A DNA stretch of 64,000 bases. Source: a virus. Taxonomy: Duplodnaviria; Heunggongvirae; Uroviricota; Caudoviricetes. The stretch lies in the IMG/VR virus record IMGVR_UViG_3300025466_001444. One strand, written 5' to 3'. The notes under the pieces are model-generated. The model saw only the letters and a list, made by a program, of their open reading frames with translations, searched no databases and had not been told where the DNA came from. A program made the translations under genes and the position numbers. Below are positions 27,783 through 38,345 of the stretch, piece by piece (the stretch's first letter is position 1; each line of letters opens with the position of its first letter).

Positions 27783-28448
27783 TCAAGAGTTAAACTTAGA
27801 TTCCGCTTCAGTCATAATAAAATATTCAATGTTATTGTCAGTGAATGAAGAGATGCCTTTTGAATTAATCTTGATATTATAGCTCAATGGAAACAACTTA
27901 ACAAGATATTCAACACGAAATACCATATTAAAAATCTTATCTGTTGTACCAACTTCAATACTAAATGTATCAGATGTTGGGTTCCTTGAATTGATAGCAG
28001 AAACTTTTATAACATTACCATCGCCAAAAACTGCAATATTAGGAACCTGAAGAATCGAAGCAGCCTTCAAAACCTTATGAAAATCATAATGATTTATCAA
28101 AAATTCAATTTCAGCCGGATCAACCACAATCTTTTTATCTTCTGGTGGTGCAATAATTGCAGAAATATCTGCATATGTATAATTTACAACCTGATTTCCA
28201 GATGTAATTGATAATTGATGTTCACCAAAATTGATATCATGATCTTGGAAAAGAGACAAGACACCAAGAAACTTAGGCAATTCATAGATTGCAAACTGTT
28301 GAGGAAAATCCTCCTCAACAATAGCAGTTGCATAAATTGACCTTTGAGTGCCAACAGTTTTTAGAACATTTCCCGGTCGCACCAAAATAGAACCATTGAT
28401 ATTGGAAAAATTCTTCAGGATATTGATAGTTTTCTCACTAATTTTCAT
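27783..28448 (-). CDS. 45: sliding clamp (gp45-like)
   Basis: 221 aa ORF immediately downstream of the gp44 gene. Confidence 0.7.
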   Translation of the reverse strand: MKISEKTINILKNFSNINGSILVRPGNVLKTVGTQRSIYATAIVEEDFPQQFAIYELPKFLGVLSLFQDHDINFGEHQLSITSGNQVVNYTYADISAIIAPPEDKKIVVDPAEIEFLINHYDFHKVLKAASILQVPNIAVFGDGNVIKVSAINSRNPTSDTFSIEVGTTDKIFNMVFRVEYLVKLFPLSYNIKINSKGISSFTDNNIEYFIMTEAESKFNS

Positions 28449-28472
28449 AATAAAGTATCCTTTTTCACGGGG

Positions 28473-29417
28473 TTAGATAGGCTTAAACTTCTTCAAAAGT
28501 TCTGGACTAACAGTACTAACTGGAATAGGCGCAGGAGCAGATGGTGCTATAGGCTTTGGATTTCTCTGACTCCTCAAAAGTTCTGCATCAGCTGTAGCAG
28601 ATGCACCAATAGAAGCAAGCGCAGCAAGTTTACCAGCAAAAACATATGTACCAGCATGTTGTAGATGCATCCATGGACACAACCAAACCTTAGCACCCAT
28701 ATTACGAACATTCTGGCAAAACATATAATCTTCTGAAAGATAACGCTTTGATTCAGGATCAATAATACAATCAAAGTATGCATGGATTTCACGAGAACCA
28801 TCGAACTCTGCAGTACGAACATGATCAGGCTTATATGAGTACTGAGGATAGTTTTCCTTATACTTTTCAAAAGTTGGACGACGAATCATCATAAATCCAG
28901 TACCAGTCTCTAATACTTCAGCTGGTTCGTCAAGTCTAATTGTCTTACTGGATTCACCTTTATCCATTGCAGGATTGAAAACAAAGTCACCGACAAAATC
29001 TTCAAGATTTGATGGATTCCCATCTGCAGCACCCTTATTAACTGCTTGCAAAATCTTTTCCCATGTAATGCACTTCTTGGGATAAGGTCCAGCAATAACA
29101 TCATAAGGAGAATCTTCATCCTGTAATGCCATCAATGCGATGATATCCTTTGGATCAAACCCAATATCAGCATCAATAAACATAAGATGATGAGCATCAG
29201 AACGCAAAAATTCATCTACACAATAATTTCTTGCACGAGTAATCAATGATTCATTAAAAAGGAAATAAGAACGAAGTTCAATCCCATACTTAACACATAG
29301 TGCAGTCAAGTCGCACAAAGACCTAGTATAAATTCCACTAGCATTACCACCATACATTGGTGTCGCAACAAATAACTTTCTATTCCTTAGCTTTTCAATA
29401 TCGATTTTGATTTCCAT
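28473..29417 (-). CDS. putative glycosyltransferase (GT2-like, ARN...FIDADIGF motif) with Pro/Ala-rich tail
   Basis: LITRARNYCVDEFL...HLMFIDADIGFDP resembles the GT-A DxD region. Confidence 0.45.
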   Translation of the reverse strand: MEIKIDIEKLRNRKLFVATPMYGGNASGIYTRSLCDLTALCVKYGIELRSYFLFNESLITRARNYCVDEFLRSDAHHLMFIDADIGFDPKDIIALMALQDEDSPYDVIAGPYPKKCITWEKILQAVNKGAADGNPSNLEDFVGDFVFNPAMDKGESSKTIRLDEPAEVLETGTGFMMIRRPTFEKYKENYPQYSYKPDHVRTAEFDGSREIHAYFDCIIDPESKRYLSEDYMFCQNVRNMGAKVWLCPWMHLQHAGTYVFAGKLAALASIGASATADAELLRSQRNPKPIAPSAPAPIPVSTVSPELLKKFKPI

Positions 29418-29812
29418 TATTTCATTCCTTTATAATGATCAACATAAAGGCACATCATAACATAATGAAGTGCTTTCATCAAGTCTGCTTTATTATTTCC
29501 GTTCTTTTTTCCATAACGCCAGAGATACTTAAGTGCTGTGTTTCTGAATGTTGGGGTAGAGTCACCAAGAGCAATCCACGCATCAAAGCATTCGACTGAT
29601 TCTTCTTCAGTCTTGTAATGCTGAGAATAGGTTGCGTCGATATAATCCTTGAAATCACTGATAATATCATCCTCTGCATACTTATAATAAAAATTAGATG
29701 TATCTTCTCGTGTAGGGATATACTTATCTTCAAAAGTAAATGTTACTTCAGGGTTTGGCATATTTTCATATGCATCTTCTACTTGCTTATATGCTTCATC
29801 TTTCTTTACCAT
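29417..29812 (-). CDS. DUF3310-like phage protein
   Basis: ALKYLWRYGKKNGNNKADLMKALHYVMMCL fits the A.KYLWR.G.K...DL.KA..Y pattern. Confidence 0.5.
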   Translation of the reverse strand: MVKKDEAYKQVEDAYENMPNPEVTFTFEDKYIPTREDTSNFYYKYAEDDIISDFKDYIDATYSQHYKTEEESVECFDAWIALGDSTPTFRNTALKYLWRYGKKNGNNKADLMKALHYVMMCLYVDHYKGMK

Positions 29813-29825
29813 AATATAGTTCCTT

Positions 29826-30209
29826 TCACAAAGTTATAGAGTCTTTTAAAATTCTTTCAACATCAGGAGGCGTCCAACCTTCTGGCTTCTTAATCTTGCC
29901 ATCTTCACGACGAATTACCTTGCCGTCTACAAGCTTCGCCATATTACTTCTATGAACTTCAGCAAAAATGTCGTCAAGAGGAATGCCATAAGAAACGGCA
30001 GTACCACAAGCGATGTAAATAATATCAGCGAGTGCATCAACGACTTCAACAAGATCATTCTTATATTCCGCTACAATATATTCTGAATACTCTTCTGCGA
30101 GAAGCTTTTTACGAAGATCACGTTCTTCCTTAGAAGGAAATTCTGGCTTCTCACCAATACGTTGGCCAAATGCCTGATGAAAATCACGAACGTCTGTAAA
30201 ATAACTCAC
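29826..30209 (-). CDS. mazG: MazG-like nucleoside triphosphate pyrophosphohydrolase
   Basis: EEYSEY...EVVDALADIIYI is the MazG EExxE...D motif. 127 aa. Confidence 0.7.
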   Translation of the reverse strand: MSYFTDVRDFHQAFGQRIGEKPEFPSKEERDLRKKLLAEEYSEYIVAEYKNDLVEVVDALADIIYIACGTAVSYGIPLDDIFAEVHRSNMAKLVDGKVIRREDGKIKKPEGWTPPDVERILKDSITL

Positions 30210-30451
30210 TGCTGTTTAACTCCCATAAGACAAATTGCACTGCCTTGAGATTGAGGAATAAAAGAACCACCAGAAGAAGTGCATTTGTCCATTGATGCAT
30301 AATATTTTTCATTAGTATTAGTAGTACCAAAATAAATCGCACTAACGATACTCAAAGTCATAATAACTGCGGTTGTACAACCAATTAGCCATTCCCATTC
30401 AAATTTCATATCAAACTTCCTTTTCACTTTTGTCAAATTTAATGCCTTCAA
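30206..30451 (-). CDS. small membrane protein (81 aa)
   Basis: Transmembrane segment WLIGCTTAVIMTLSIVSAIYF. Confidence 0.45.
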   Translation of the reverse strand: MKALNLTKVKRKFDMKFEWEWLIGCTTAVIMTLSIVSAIYFGTTNTNEKYYASMDKCTSSGGSFIPQSQGSAICLMGVKQQ

Positions 30452-30686
30452 GAAGAAGGCGGTTTACTTCATCAGAAATCATTTTTTCAATTTGTGGAGT
30501 AAGTTCTGTTTCTTTCAACTTGTGTGCAGTTGTTTTATCTTCGTCAATCTTGTATATATCAGCTAAGATAAAAAGTCTACCAGTTTCTTCTTCTTCTTTG
30601 ATAAATTCATCTTCAGGAAAAGTTACAAAATAATTTCCTAATCTAAACCCCGGTCTTTCTTCTTTACTTAAATTTTTTCTTTCCAT
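30411..30686 (-). CDS. hypothetical protein (91 aa)
   Basis: ORF. Confidence 0.4.
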   Translation of the reverse strand: MERKNLSKEERPGFRLGNYFVTFPEDEFIKEEEETGRLFILADIYKIDEDKTTAHKLKETELTPQIEKMISDEVNRLLLEGIKFDKSEKEV

Positions 30687-31170
30687 TTAATTTCTCCAAC
30701 TTTTTGAATGCTTGTTCTTTGTGTATACGATTTGCTCTTTTATAAAATAAAATACCATTAAGATGATCAATTTCATGTTGAAAAACTCTAGCGGTCAAAC
30801 CATCAAATACTTTAGTTTCAACAAGACCAGATGGAGTTTGAAAACGTACACGAATAATTTTTGGTCTCTTTATTTTAATAATAAGATTAGGGAAAGAAAG
30901 ACAACCTTCTTCTAAAACAATCTGTTCTTCACTCATATGAACAATACGAGGGTTAAAACAAACAAAGTTTTCTGGATCACCACGCATTACAAATACACGG
31001 TATAGTTTACCAATTTGATTTGCTGCTAAACCAATACCATTATAATCATTCATAATCTGCATGAGTTCCATTGCAATATCAAATGGGTTCTCAGGCGGAT
31101 TTGTGAAATCAAATTCTTCCATAGTAGAAGTAAGAATTGGAGTTTCGCCCTTAATAATATCTGCCATCAT
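30664..31170 (-). CDS. def: peptide deformylase
   Basis: GIGLAANQIG, EGCLSFP and QHEIDHLNG, the three PDF motifs. Confidence 0.85.
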   Translation of the reverse strand: MMADIIKGETPILTSTMEEFDFTNPPENPFDIAMELMQIMNDYNGIGLAANQIGKLYRVFVMRGDPENFVCFNPRIVHMSEEQIVLEEGCLSFPNLIIKIKRPKIIRVRFQTPSGLVETKVFDGLTARVFQHEIDHLNGILFYKRANRIHKEQAFKKLEKLNGKKKFK

Positions 31171-32876
31171 ACGATCCTTGAAAAATTTTGACTCTTTTCA
31201 AACTTAATCACTTGATTGAATTTATCAAACAATTGGTCAGTCTTATGGCTAATAATAAACGTATTTGTATCACTTGTCAACCCCAAAAGTATCTTTAGGA
31301 ATTCATTTGTTCCATTAACATCAAGAGAACTGTCCATCACCTCATCCATTATAAGAATATTTGTGCTGGCACTGTTACGCATTTTTGCAACTGCTCGCCA
31401 TGTGAAAAGAATAGCTAAATTGATACGCATTTTTTCACCTTCAGAGAATGAAGCATAAGAAAACTCATCACGAAATCTCGACTTTATCTTTTCGTTGAAT
31501 GTCTCGTCTAATTCAAATTGAACAAAGAAATCCATAGCAGAAAGATATTTATTTATAAGTTTATTAATTACAGGAACATATTGCTTGATGATACGTGACT
31601 TGATGCCACTATCTTTTAAGATAAGAGAAGCAACTTGTAAGCAATCCTTACTAGTTGCATATTCTCTTTTTTCATTTATATAATTTTCTAAATCATTTTC
31701 AAGTTGATTCATTTTATCATCAGAAACATGTTCAACAGTTTTCTTATTAAGTTCTTCGATATTTCTATTAAGTTTAGCAATATATGCCTTATAGCCATTT
31801 ACATTATTATTATAAGAAGCTTGTTCAATCTTCAAATTGGTAATTTCTTTTTTGATAGAATCAATTTGTTTGATTTCATCATTTAGGTTGAACAATTCTT
31901 CTTTTAATTGTGTAATTCCATCTTCTACTTCTTCAATGTTTTTTGTCTTATCATCTACTGTCTCACACTTAAAATCATTCTGAATAACTTGCTTGCAAGT
32001 AGGACAATTGTCATTAATTTCAAAAAATGATATATCAGCCTTCAATTTTTTAATTTTATCAACCAACTGTTGTTCAAGAATAAGAAATTTTTGATTTTTA
32101 TTACGAAGTTTTGCTTCATCTTGAATACTATCAATAAGACCATTTATTTTCTTATCGTAAGAAATTACTTTAAATATTTCTATTTCCATAGATGCATCAG
32201 TATCAATAATTTCTTTTTTAATTTTTTCTATCTGTTCTGCGGTATTATCACGCATCTTAGATGCGAGTAAATTTTCCATCCTAATTTTTTCAGACGTAAG
32301 ATTGTAGTTATATTCTGCTTGTTGAAGAGCTTTACTATTTTCAGTAATATCTTCTTTCAGCAAAGAATTCATCGTAGAGAAAATTTGAATATCCAAAAGG
32401 TCTTCGATAACTTCTCTACGAGCTTGTGCTGTTAATTGCATAAAAGGAGTAAAAGATGCAGAACCTAGTACAACTACCTGACAAAAAGATTTATGATTCA
32501 ACTTAAGAATCTGAGTCTCAAGAATTTCTTGATAGTCTTTTGATTCGGCATTTTGATTTAATAAATTGTCATTTTGATATACTTCAAACACATTAGGCTT
32601 GATACCACGAACAATTTTATAAGAAATAGAACCAATAGAAAATTCTACCTCTACAACAAGTTCTTTCTTGTTTATAGAGTTGAGCAACTGTGGTTTATTA
32701 ATTTTACGGAATGGTTTATTATATAAGGCAAACGAAAGTGCATCAAGCATTGTAGATTTGCCTGATCCATTCTCACCGATAATCAATGTTGTATTTGACT
32801 TATCAAGTTGAATTTCGGAAAAAACATTGCCCGTGGAAATAAAATTTTTCCACTTCAAATTACGAAATACTATCAC
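31167..32876 (-). CDS. 46: gp46 Rad50/SbcC-like recombination ATPase
   Basis: Walker A GENGSGKST, a coiled-coil middle region, and signature/D-loop motifs at the C-terminus. Confidence 0.85.
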   Translation of the reverse strand: MIVFRNLKWKNFISTGNVFSEIQLDKSNTTLIIGENGSGKSTMLDALSFALYNKPFRKINKPQLLNSINKKELVVEVEFSIGSISYKIVRGIKPNVFEVYQNDNLLNQNAESKDYQEILETQILKLNHKSFCQVVVLGSASFTPFMQLTAQARREVIEDLLDIQIFSTMNSLLKEDITENSKALQQAEYNYNLTSEKIRMENLLASKMRDNTAEQIEKIKKEIIDTDASMEIEIFKVISYDKKINGLIDSIQDEAKLRNKNQKFLILEQQLVDKIKKLKADISFFEINDNCPTCKQVIQNDFKCETVDDKTKNIEEVEDGITQLKEELFNLNDEIKQIDSIKKEITNLKIEQASYNNNVNGYKAYIAKLNRNIEELNKKTVEHVSDDKMNQLENDLENYINEKREYATSKDCLQVASLILKDSGIKSRIIKQYVPVINKLINKYLSAMDFFVQFELDETFNEKIKSRFRDEFSYASFSEGEKMRINLAILFTWRAVAKMRNSASTNILIMDEVMDSSLDVNGTNEFLKILLGLTSDTNTFIISHKTDQLFDKFNQVIKFEKSQNFSRIV

Positions 32877-32883
32877 GGAAACC

Positions 32884-33894
32884 TCACTCTATAGTTTGGG
32901 CTTTCATATAAAGGTCACTAACTATTTTTTCTACTCTGTCTTTCATATCTGTATTTGCACTCATGCTAGTAAGATACTTTCTAAGAATAGTCATTGTGTC
33001 TTCTGCTTCGTTTATTATATCAGAATCTTCTTCTAGATACAAATTTAAATGGTCTTCAACTACCTGCAAGTCATGAACCCCACGCTTTTCAAGTTGATTA
33101 ATGAACATATCAAACTTATAAGGATCAATTCTGTTTTTAATAATAACTTTGATATGCCTTCCTGCATAAAAATCAAGATCAATTTTTTCTGGTTCATTTC
33201 CAAGAGTTATATCATCATACCAAATTTTTTGAAACATTGTATATGAGTTTTCAATAAATTCTAGTTCTCTCGTTTCTGTGTCAAATACATGAAAACCTTT
33301 TTTATCATTGTAGTCTGCCCAAGTAAATTCACACGGCGAACCAAGATAATGAATATTTCCTCTGCTACTACGATGATGGTAATGCCCACTACATACAGTA
33401 TCAAAACGATTGAAGATATTAGGGTCGTCACCATGAGACGGAGGAGCACCAACAAACATTGGGAAACCTGCAAGTTCCAAATGGCCAAAAAGAATTGGGC
33501 AACGTGTTTCATTAATAATCCTTAATGATTCTTCACGGTTCTCATCACAAATCCATGGTGTCAATAAAATATTAGTATTATTGAATGACCATGATACTGG
33601 TGTGTTATCCCACACTTTAAATGAAGGATATTGATGCACTACAAGTTCTTTCAATGAATTCACATTGTTCGTATTCTTATAGTAAGTATCATGATTGCCA
33701 GCAATGATATGAAAGTCTAAATCCCTTGAAGCAATTTTTTCAAGGAAATCTTCTCTCAATCTCTTAGCAGTGGCAATATTAATATATTTGCGGCGATCAA
33801 CAAGATCACCAAGATGGACAATAGATTTGATAGAGTGTCTATCAATATACGGAAAAAAGATTTCATCAAGAAAATCCTTCATGTTGTTAAGCAT
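32884..33894 (-). CDS. 47: gp47 Mre11/SbcD-like nuclease
   Basis: Metallophosphatase motifs VHLGDLVDRR, GNHD and GHLE/GH.H. Confidence 0.85.
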   Translation of the reverse strand: MLNNMKDFLDEIFFPYIDRHSIKSIVHLGDLVDRRKYINIATAKRLREDFLEKIASRDLDFHIIAGNHDTYYKNTNNVNSLKELVVHQYPSFKVWDNTPVSWSFNNTNILLTPWICDENREESLRIINETRCPILFGHLELAGFPMFVGAPPSHGDDPNIFNRFDTVCSGHYHHRSSRGNIHYLGSPCEFTWADYNDKKGFHVFDTETRELEFIENSYTMFQKIWYDDITLGNEPEKIDLDFYAGRHIKVIIKNRIDPYKFDMFINQLEKRGVHDLQVVEDHLNLYLEEDSDIINEAEDTMTILRKYLTSMSANTDMKDRVEKIVSDLYMKAQTIE

Positions 33895-34218
33895 AACAGG
33901 GGAGTCATTTTTAACTCCAAAAGTGGGTATCAGTTATAAGAGCAATACGTGTCACACTGAGTCTCCTTTCATTTTATATAACTAATGATTCATACGTTGT
34001 TTCTACCAATTCGTGAATAATTTGTTTTAGGACGGGTATCTTTAAAAACATTATTCTTTTGAGTATTACTATTATGCTTATTGATTGATGAGATACAATA
34101 GTCACGAATGGTCTCAAGCCTTACGAGATAATTCATTTTCTCATTTGGATGAGCGATAGGCGAATTAATTTTTTCAACAATATCTACCACACTTGGTGGA
34201 ACCATATGTATATTATCA

Positions 34219-34815
34219 TTATTCATAAAACTTCTCCACTCCAATTTTTTTATCTTTACGCTTTGTTGCTTTCTCTGATTGTTTTTTATCGTATGACTTG
34301 ACAAGATTTTTCATATAATCATTATCCAAATTGACAGTCACATTTTTTTCATCACCTATAGATTGTTCAGCCAGCATACCTTCAAAGTAAAAATTCTCCA
34401 AAGTCTTCTGTTTGATATACAGATGTTTCTTCTCTTTGTCAATACGCCTTAAGAAAGCATACCAAATAATCTGCGTAAAATATGCAAATGGATTTGTTGA
34501 TTTTTCAGGATTAAAATTATTTAAATAATTAACACAGTTCTCTAGTCCATCTGAAATCATTTCATCACGATACGTATAACTGATGAAGTTTGGTTTTAGA
34601 GAAAGACGAGTTGCAATTTTATAAAGACATTCGCCAATATAAGGAGGAATCCTTGGATGTTCTTCACCCTTTTCATCAGCTTCTGCACAATCACTTTTAT
34701 ATTGAATAATAGCTGTATAAAATTTCTTATTATCAATATAATGAATACTTACTTTTTTAACTTTTTCTTTACGAATTTCTTTTGCTAATTCTGGTACTTC
34801 TGGTACTTCTGTCAT
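34219..34815 (-). CDS. 55: late sigma factor gp55
   Basis: FAYFTQIIWYAFLRRIDKEKK region conserved with T4 gp55. 198 aa. Confidence 0.65.
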   Translation of the reverse strand: MTEVPEVPELAKEIRKEKVKKVSIHYIDNKKFYTAIIQYKSDCAEADEKGEEHPRIPPYIGECLYKIATRLSLKPNFISYTYRDEMISDGLENCVNYLNNFNPEKSTNPFAYFTQIIWYAFLRRIDKEKKHLYIKQKTLENFYFEGMLAEQSIGDEKNVTVNLDNDYMKNLVKSYDKKQSEKATKRKDKKIGVEKFYE

Positions 34816-34817
34816 TT

Positions 34818-36269
34818 TTAAATACTCGCATTGTAAATTTTGTAATCAAAACTTTCACTATTGTATATATTTAGACGTTCCATAAAATGTAATAATGTAA
34901 AATTCATTTTTGTTTTATGTTTTAAATCATCTGCAATATCATATACTACTACAGATGATTTTTCTGTTCCTATACGTAGTCCACGACCAATTGATTGTAA
35001 TGTTCTCACACGAGATTTGGTCGGAGAACTAAACACAACATTATGAAGATTGCGTATGTTAACACCAGTTGAGAATGTGCCGTAACTGGCAACAATGATA
35101 GCATTAGTTTCTTTTTCAACGATATGCCGTATTGCTTCACGTTCTTCTCCATCAATTCCTCCATGAATAAAAAATATAGGTCTATCTGGCTGTTTATCCT
35201 TCAACATATCAAATAACATCTTACCATGTTTTTCAACAAATTGAAAGAGAATAAGTGAGTTTCCTTCCAAAGAAAGTGACAAATTACGTAAAAATTTGTT
35301 TCTTGCTTGATGCCTTACAATAAAATCTACTTCATCTTGATATGACATGCTCTTGACGAGTTTTCTTTCCTCATCACTATATCCAAGAACAATTGCTTTA
35401 ATTTTAAGATCAGCAACATGATTTTTTTCCATCAATTCAGCAGTCGTTGTTACTTTATATACAGGACCAAACAATCCTTCTAAAACCATTTTGTTTGTTT
35501 GCGAACCATCTAAAGTACCAGTAAACCCAAAACGATATTTACAATTGCCCATCTTCTCCATAATTGATGTAAGAGATTTGGCTTTGAATAAATGTGCCTC
35601 GTCTCCTATGGCCACATCAAACTGTTCGAAATAGCTTTTAGGCAACTTGTATATAGATTGCCATGTTGAGATGGTAATTGGTTTATCTGTCTGTTTATCT
35701 TGACCCTCATAAATTCTATGGACGAACTTATCGGATATAAAACCATAATCAGCAAAGTCAGAGGCAAGTTGACTAACCAAAGAAGTAGTTGGAACAATAA
35801 TAAGAGTACGTGCATTATAATACCTCGTTAATAGATAGATAATTAATGATTTGCCGGAAGCAGTTGGTGATAAAAAAACGCCTCTGTCATACTTTATTGC
35901 ATGACGAAAGGCGTTTATTTGATAATCACGAGGAGTCAATGTTAACTCACAGTCGTTTAAAAATTCTTTTACCTCTGAATCATTGAATGTAGTTAAGTTT
36001 GGTTTACAGTTATCATCATATTCAACATCATAATTTCTAGAAGATGCAAATTCTGATACTTCTTTAATTAAGCCAAAATATAACAAAGCAGTCATTGTAT
36101 TATAAAGTTTTATTTTTCCATCCCAAAATTTATTGCGAACCGCAGGAATAAATTTAGCACCGGGTACTGTAAATGTAAAATTATCACAAAGTTCCTGTGC
36201 AACAGATGGTTCACATGTCACTCTAGCATAAACTTCATTTACTTTTGTAACGTATAACTTGTCACGCAC
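34818..36269 (-). CDS. uvsW: UvsW SF2 DNA helicase
   Basis: Helicase motif I PTASGKS, motif II DEAH, and a C-terminal helicase domain. Confidence 0.8.
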   Translation of the reverse strand: MRDKLYVTKVNEVYARVTCEPSVAQELCDNFTFTVPGAKFIPAVRNKFWDGKIKLYNTMTALLYFGLIKEVSEFASSRNYDVEYDDNCKPNLTTFNDSEVKEFLNDCELTLTPRDYQINAFRHAIKYDRGVFLSPTASGKSLIIYLLTRYYNARTLIIVPTTSLVSQLASDFADYGFISDKFVHRIYEGQDKQTDKPITISTWQSIYKLPKSYFEQFDVAIGDEAHLFKAKSLTSIMEKMGNCKYRFGFTGTLDGSQTNKMVLEGLFGPVYKVTTTAELMEKNHVADLKIKAIVLGYSDEERKLVKSMSYQDEVDFIVRHQARNKFLRNLSLSLEGNSLILFQFVEKHGKMLFDMLKDKQPDRPIFFIHGGIDGEEREAIRHIVEKETNAIIVASYGTFSTGVNIRNLHNVVFSSPTKSRVRTLQSIGRGLRIGTEKSSVVVYDIADDLKHKTKMNFTLLHFMERLNIYNSESFDYKIYNASI

Positions 36270-36696
36270 CTACTTTAAATTTTTCAAATTCAATTGCATT
36301 TTTAATTTGAAATCCTCTATCTTTAATTGATTTAATAATTGATTCAAGTACATCTACTTTTTCTTGCTGCATAGCAATTCTCAAATTAATATTAATAATA
36401 TCTTGATCAGCTTCTATATGCATAGGAACATCCGATTTCAATACATTTAATTGAAATGGTTGCCATCCATGTTCTTTTAAATCTTCTGGAGGCATTATAC
36501 CACGATAATAATCATATTTCAACTTAATAAATTGTTTACGATCTTGTTCTAGTTTCTTCAAAAGCATATTTTCATCTGAGAAAATACGAAGATACTTGCT
36601 ATGCATTTTAGGAAGCTTTAAACTTTCATTACCAAGTTCAGTACGATCAATATTACAATCTTCGTCCCACATATCATGAATATCATCAAGCTTCAT
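36262..36696 (-). CDS. uvsY: UvsY-like recombination mediator (by position and size)
   Basis: 144 aa ORF adjacent to uvsW as in T4. Confidence 0.45.
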   Translation of the reverse strand: MKLDDIHDMWDEDCNIDRTELGNESLKLPKMHSKYLRIFSDENMLLKKLEQDRKQFIKLKYDYYRGIMPPEDLKEHGWQPFQLNVLKSDVPMHIEADQDIININLRIAMQQEKVDVLESIIKSIKDRGFQIKNAIEFEKFKVGA

Positions 36697-36706
36697 AATA
36701 AAAATC

Positions 36707-37228
36707 CTATATTTTTGCTACCCTAAAAATTTTATATTTAAAACTAACTGTGTTGGTAACATAGTTCACATCCGAATCAGTTGAAGTGAAATTTATATCA
36801 CTTAATGAAACCGGAAACAAGTCTTCAAATGAAACTATGATATTTGGATTCATATTACTATTTAAAATAGTAAGAGTGGCATCAGAGTATAACCCATCTT
36901 TTGAACCGGGACTTACAGATTGAAGAGTTTTATATTGACCAAAATTTTCTGGAAATCCAAGACCAACTAACCAATTATAAACTTCCAAATAATTTTGAAA
37001 ATCTTCGTCTACTTTAAATGTAACTTGAAGATCGCCATAGTCTAATCTATTTCCGGCTATTTCAAGAACTTTAAATGGCGTTGGCGATTGGATAAATCCA
37101 AGTGCTAAGGAAGGAATATTAACGTCAGTGACAAAGAAATCCAAATTTGGAGCCCGTGCCAAAGTAAATTTAAATCCTAATGGAGAAAGAAAATTTATGT
37201 TATTTGGTTGAGTTGTTAAAAGAGGCAT
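36707..37228 (-). CDS. hypothetical protein (173 aa; baseplate gp25-position)
   Basis: ORF. Confidence 0.4.
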   Translation of the reverse strand: MPLLTTQPNNINFLSPLGFKFTLARAPNLDFFVTDVNIPSLALGFIQSPTPFKVLEIAGNRLDYGDLQVTFKVDEDFQNYLEVYNWLVGLGFPENFGQYKTLQSVSPGSKDGLYSDATLTILNSNMNPNIIVSFEDLFPVSLSDINFTSTDSDVNYVTNTVSFKYKIFRVAKI

Positions 37229-37265
37229 AGCATATAATCCTTGTTTATATGCTATTTATCTTCAA

Positions 37266-37610
37266 TCAATCATCGAAATAATGACCTTTTCTATACCTAT
37301 TTTCTTTGATGAATTCGTCGGCATAAGGACGATACATATAATATTGAAGAACTCTTGCCAACGCATTTGAGGTTTCTTCATTATCATACACATCTTGATA
37401 TTCATAATCTTCAAGTGGACTTGACTTTGATACCAATCGAGCAATTTCTTCTTGACAAGAGATGTATGCCTTCTTCAAATCTTCAACAATAATCTTGCTT
37501 ACAAGCTCGTCATCAATTTCCAGATTCATCTTCAATCTCCTGTTTCCAATAGCGGCAATAAAAATGCTTTCCACAAGCATCGATTTCTTTTTGAGGATAT
37601 CCTTGTTCAA
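37266..37610 (-). CDS. hypothetical protein (114 aa)
   Basis: ORF. Confidence 0.4.
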   Translation of the reverse strand: MNKDILKKKSMLVESIFIAAIGNRRLKMNLEIDDELVSKIIVEDLKKAYISCQEEIARLVSKSSPLEDYEYQDVYDNEETSNALARVLQYYMYRPYADEFIKENRYRKGHYFDD

Positions 37611-37726
37611 CTAACCATTCAAGATTTCTGCCCTCTGCATCTTCTGTCAAAGGCTTAGGAAACCCATATTTCCAACCAGAAGGCGGGTCAATCATCATAA
37701 CTTCCTTCTTCATAACAAACCTTTCT

Positions 37727-37933
37727 TTACGATAAAACTTGCCATCCCTTATAAGTTTCCATCCATGCTACTATACACTCTTCTTCGAGAATGTCAAGTG
37801 GCTCTGTTCGATCTGGTTGTCTTTCAATCCATTGTTCCCAATAAATATCGAGAACATCAAACTCTGTAATTTGAATAGTAACTTCTTCATTGTTACCATC
37901 AATTTCTTTGAAACAGTACGACCTATAACTCAT
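37727..37933 (-). CDS. hypothetical protein (68 aa)
   Basis: ORF. Confidence 0.4.
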   Translation of the reverse strand: MSYRSYCFKEIDGNNEEVTIQITEFDVLDIYWEQWIERQPDRTEPLDILEEECIVAWMETYKGWQVLS

Positions 37934-37942
37934 TAGTAAACT

Positions 37943-38344
37943 TCATTCTGTTACGATCCTTTTCCATTCATCATTAATCTTCAACCAAAGATGTCCATCC
38001 TTGCCAACAGACATAGCAACCCTCGTTTCAGAGTCAAAGTTCATATCTGCTTCTACCTCCATGCCTTTACCAATAGTCAATTTGTTATTGAATTTATTGT
38101 CTAAAGATGATACGTAATGATTAACATATTCTTTTGGAATAGTGAATGATCCTCTTTCAAGAAGAGGCGCAAATGTAAATGGATCACGGGGCGTAACAAG
38201 CGGTGGAGTACTATGAGCAGTAAGTGTCATTAATGCTTTATCAGGAGCCATTGATGCTGGGGGAGCTTTTGCCATAGCCTCCGCAGCCATCAACATACCA
38301 ACTGGAGCAGCTGGTAAAAAAGAAAAAAACTTACGCCTATCCAT
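37943..38344 (-). CDS. secreted protein with twin-arginine (Tat) signal peptide
   Basis: MDRRKFFSFLPAAPVGMLMAAEAMAKAP contains the RRxFF motif, an h-region and an AxA cleavage site. Confidence 0.55.
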   Translation of the reverse strand: MDRRKFFSFLPAAPVGMLMAAEAMAKAPPASMAPDKALMTLTAHSTPPLVTPRDPFTFAPLLERGSFTIPKEYVNHYVSSLDNKFNNKLTIGKGMEVEADMNFDSETRVAMSVGKDGHLWLKINDEWKRIVTE

Positions 38345-38345
38345 T

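Noticed and set aside
33990-34304. 104-aa ORF overlapping the 3' end of the gp55 gene
   Set aside because: Overlaps gp55 by 86 nt in another frame. Kept out of the feature list as uncertain. It may be real only from an internal start.
37262-37444. 60-aa ORF, and overlapping 37513..37713 versus 37266..37610
   Set aside because: Mutually overlapping small ORFs. Only the longer frames were retained, and even those are low confidence.
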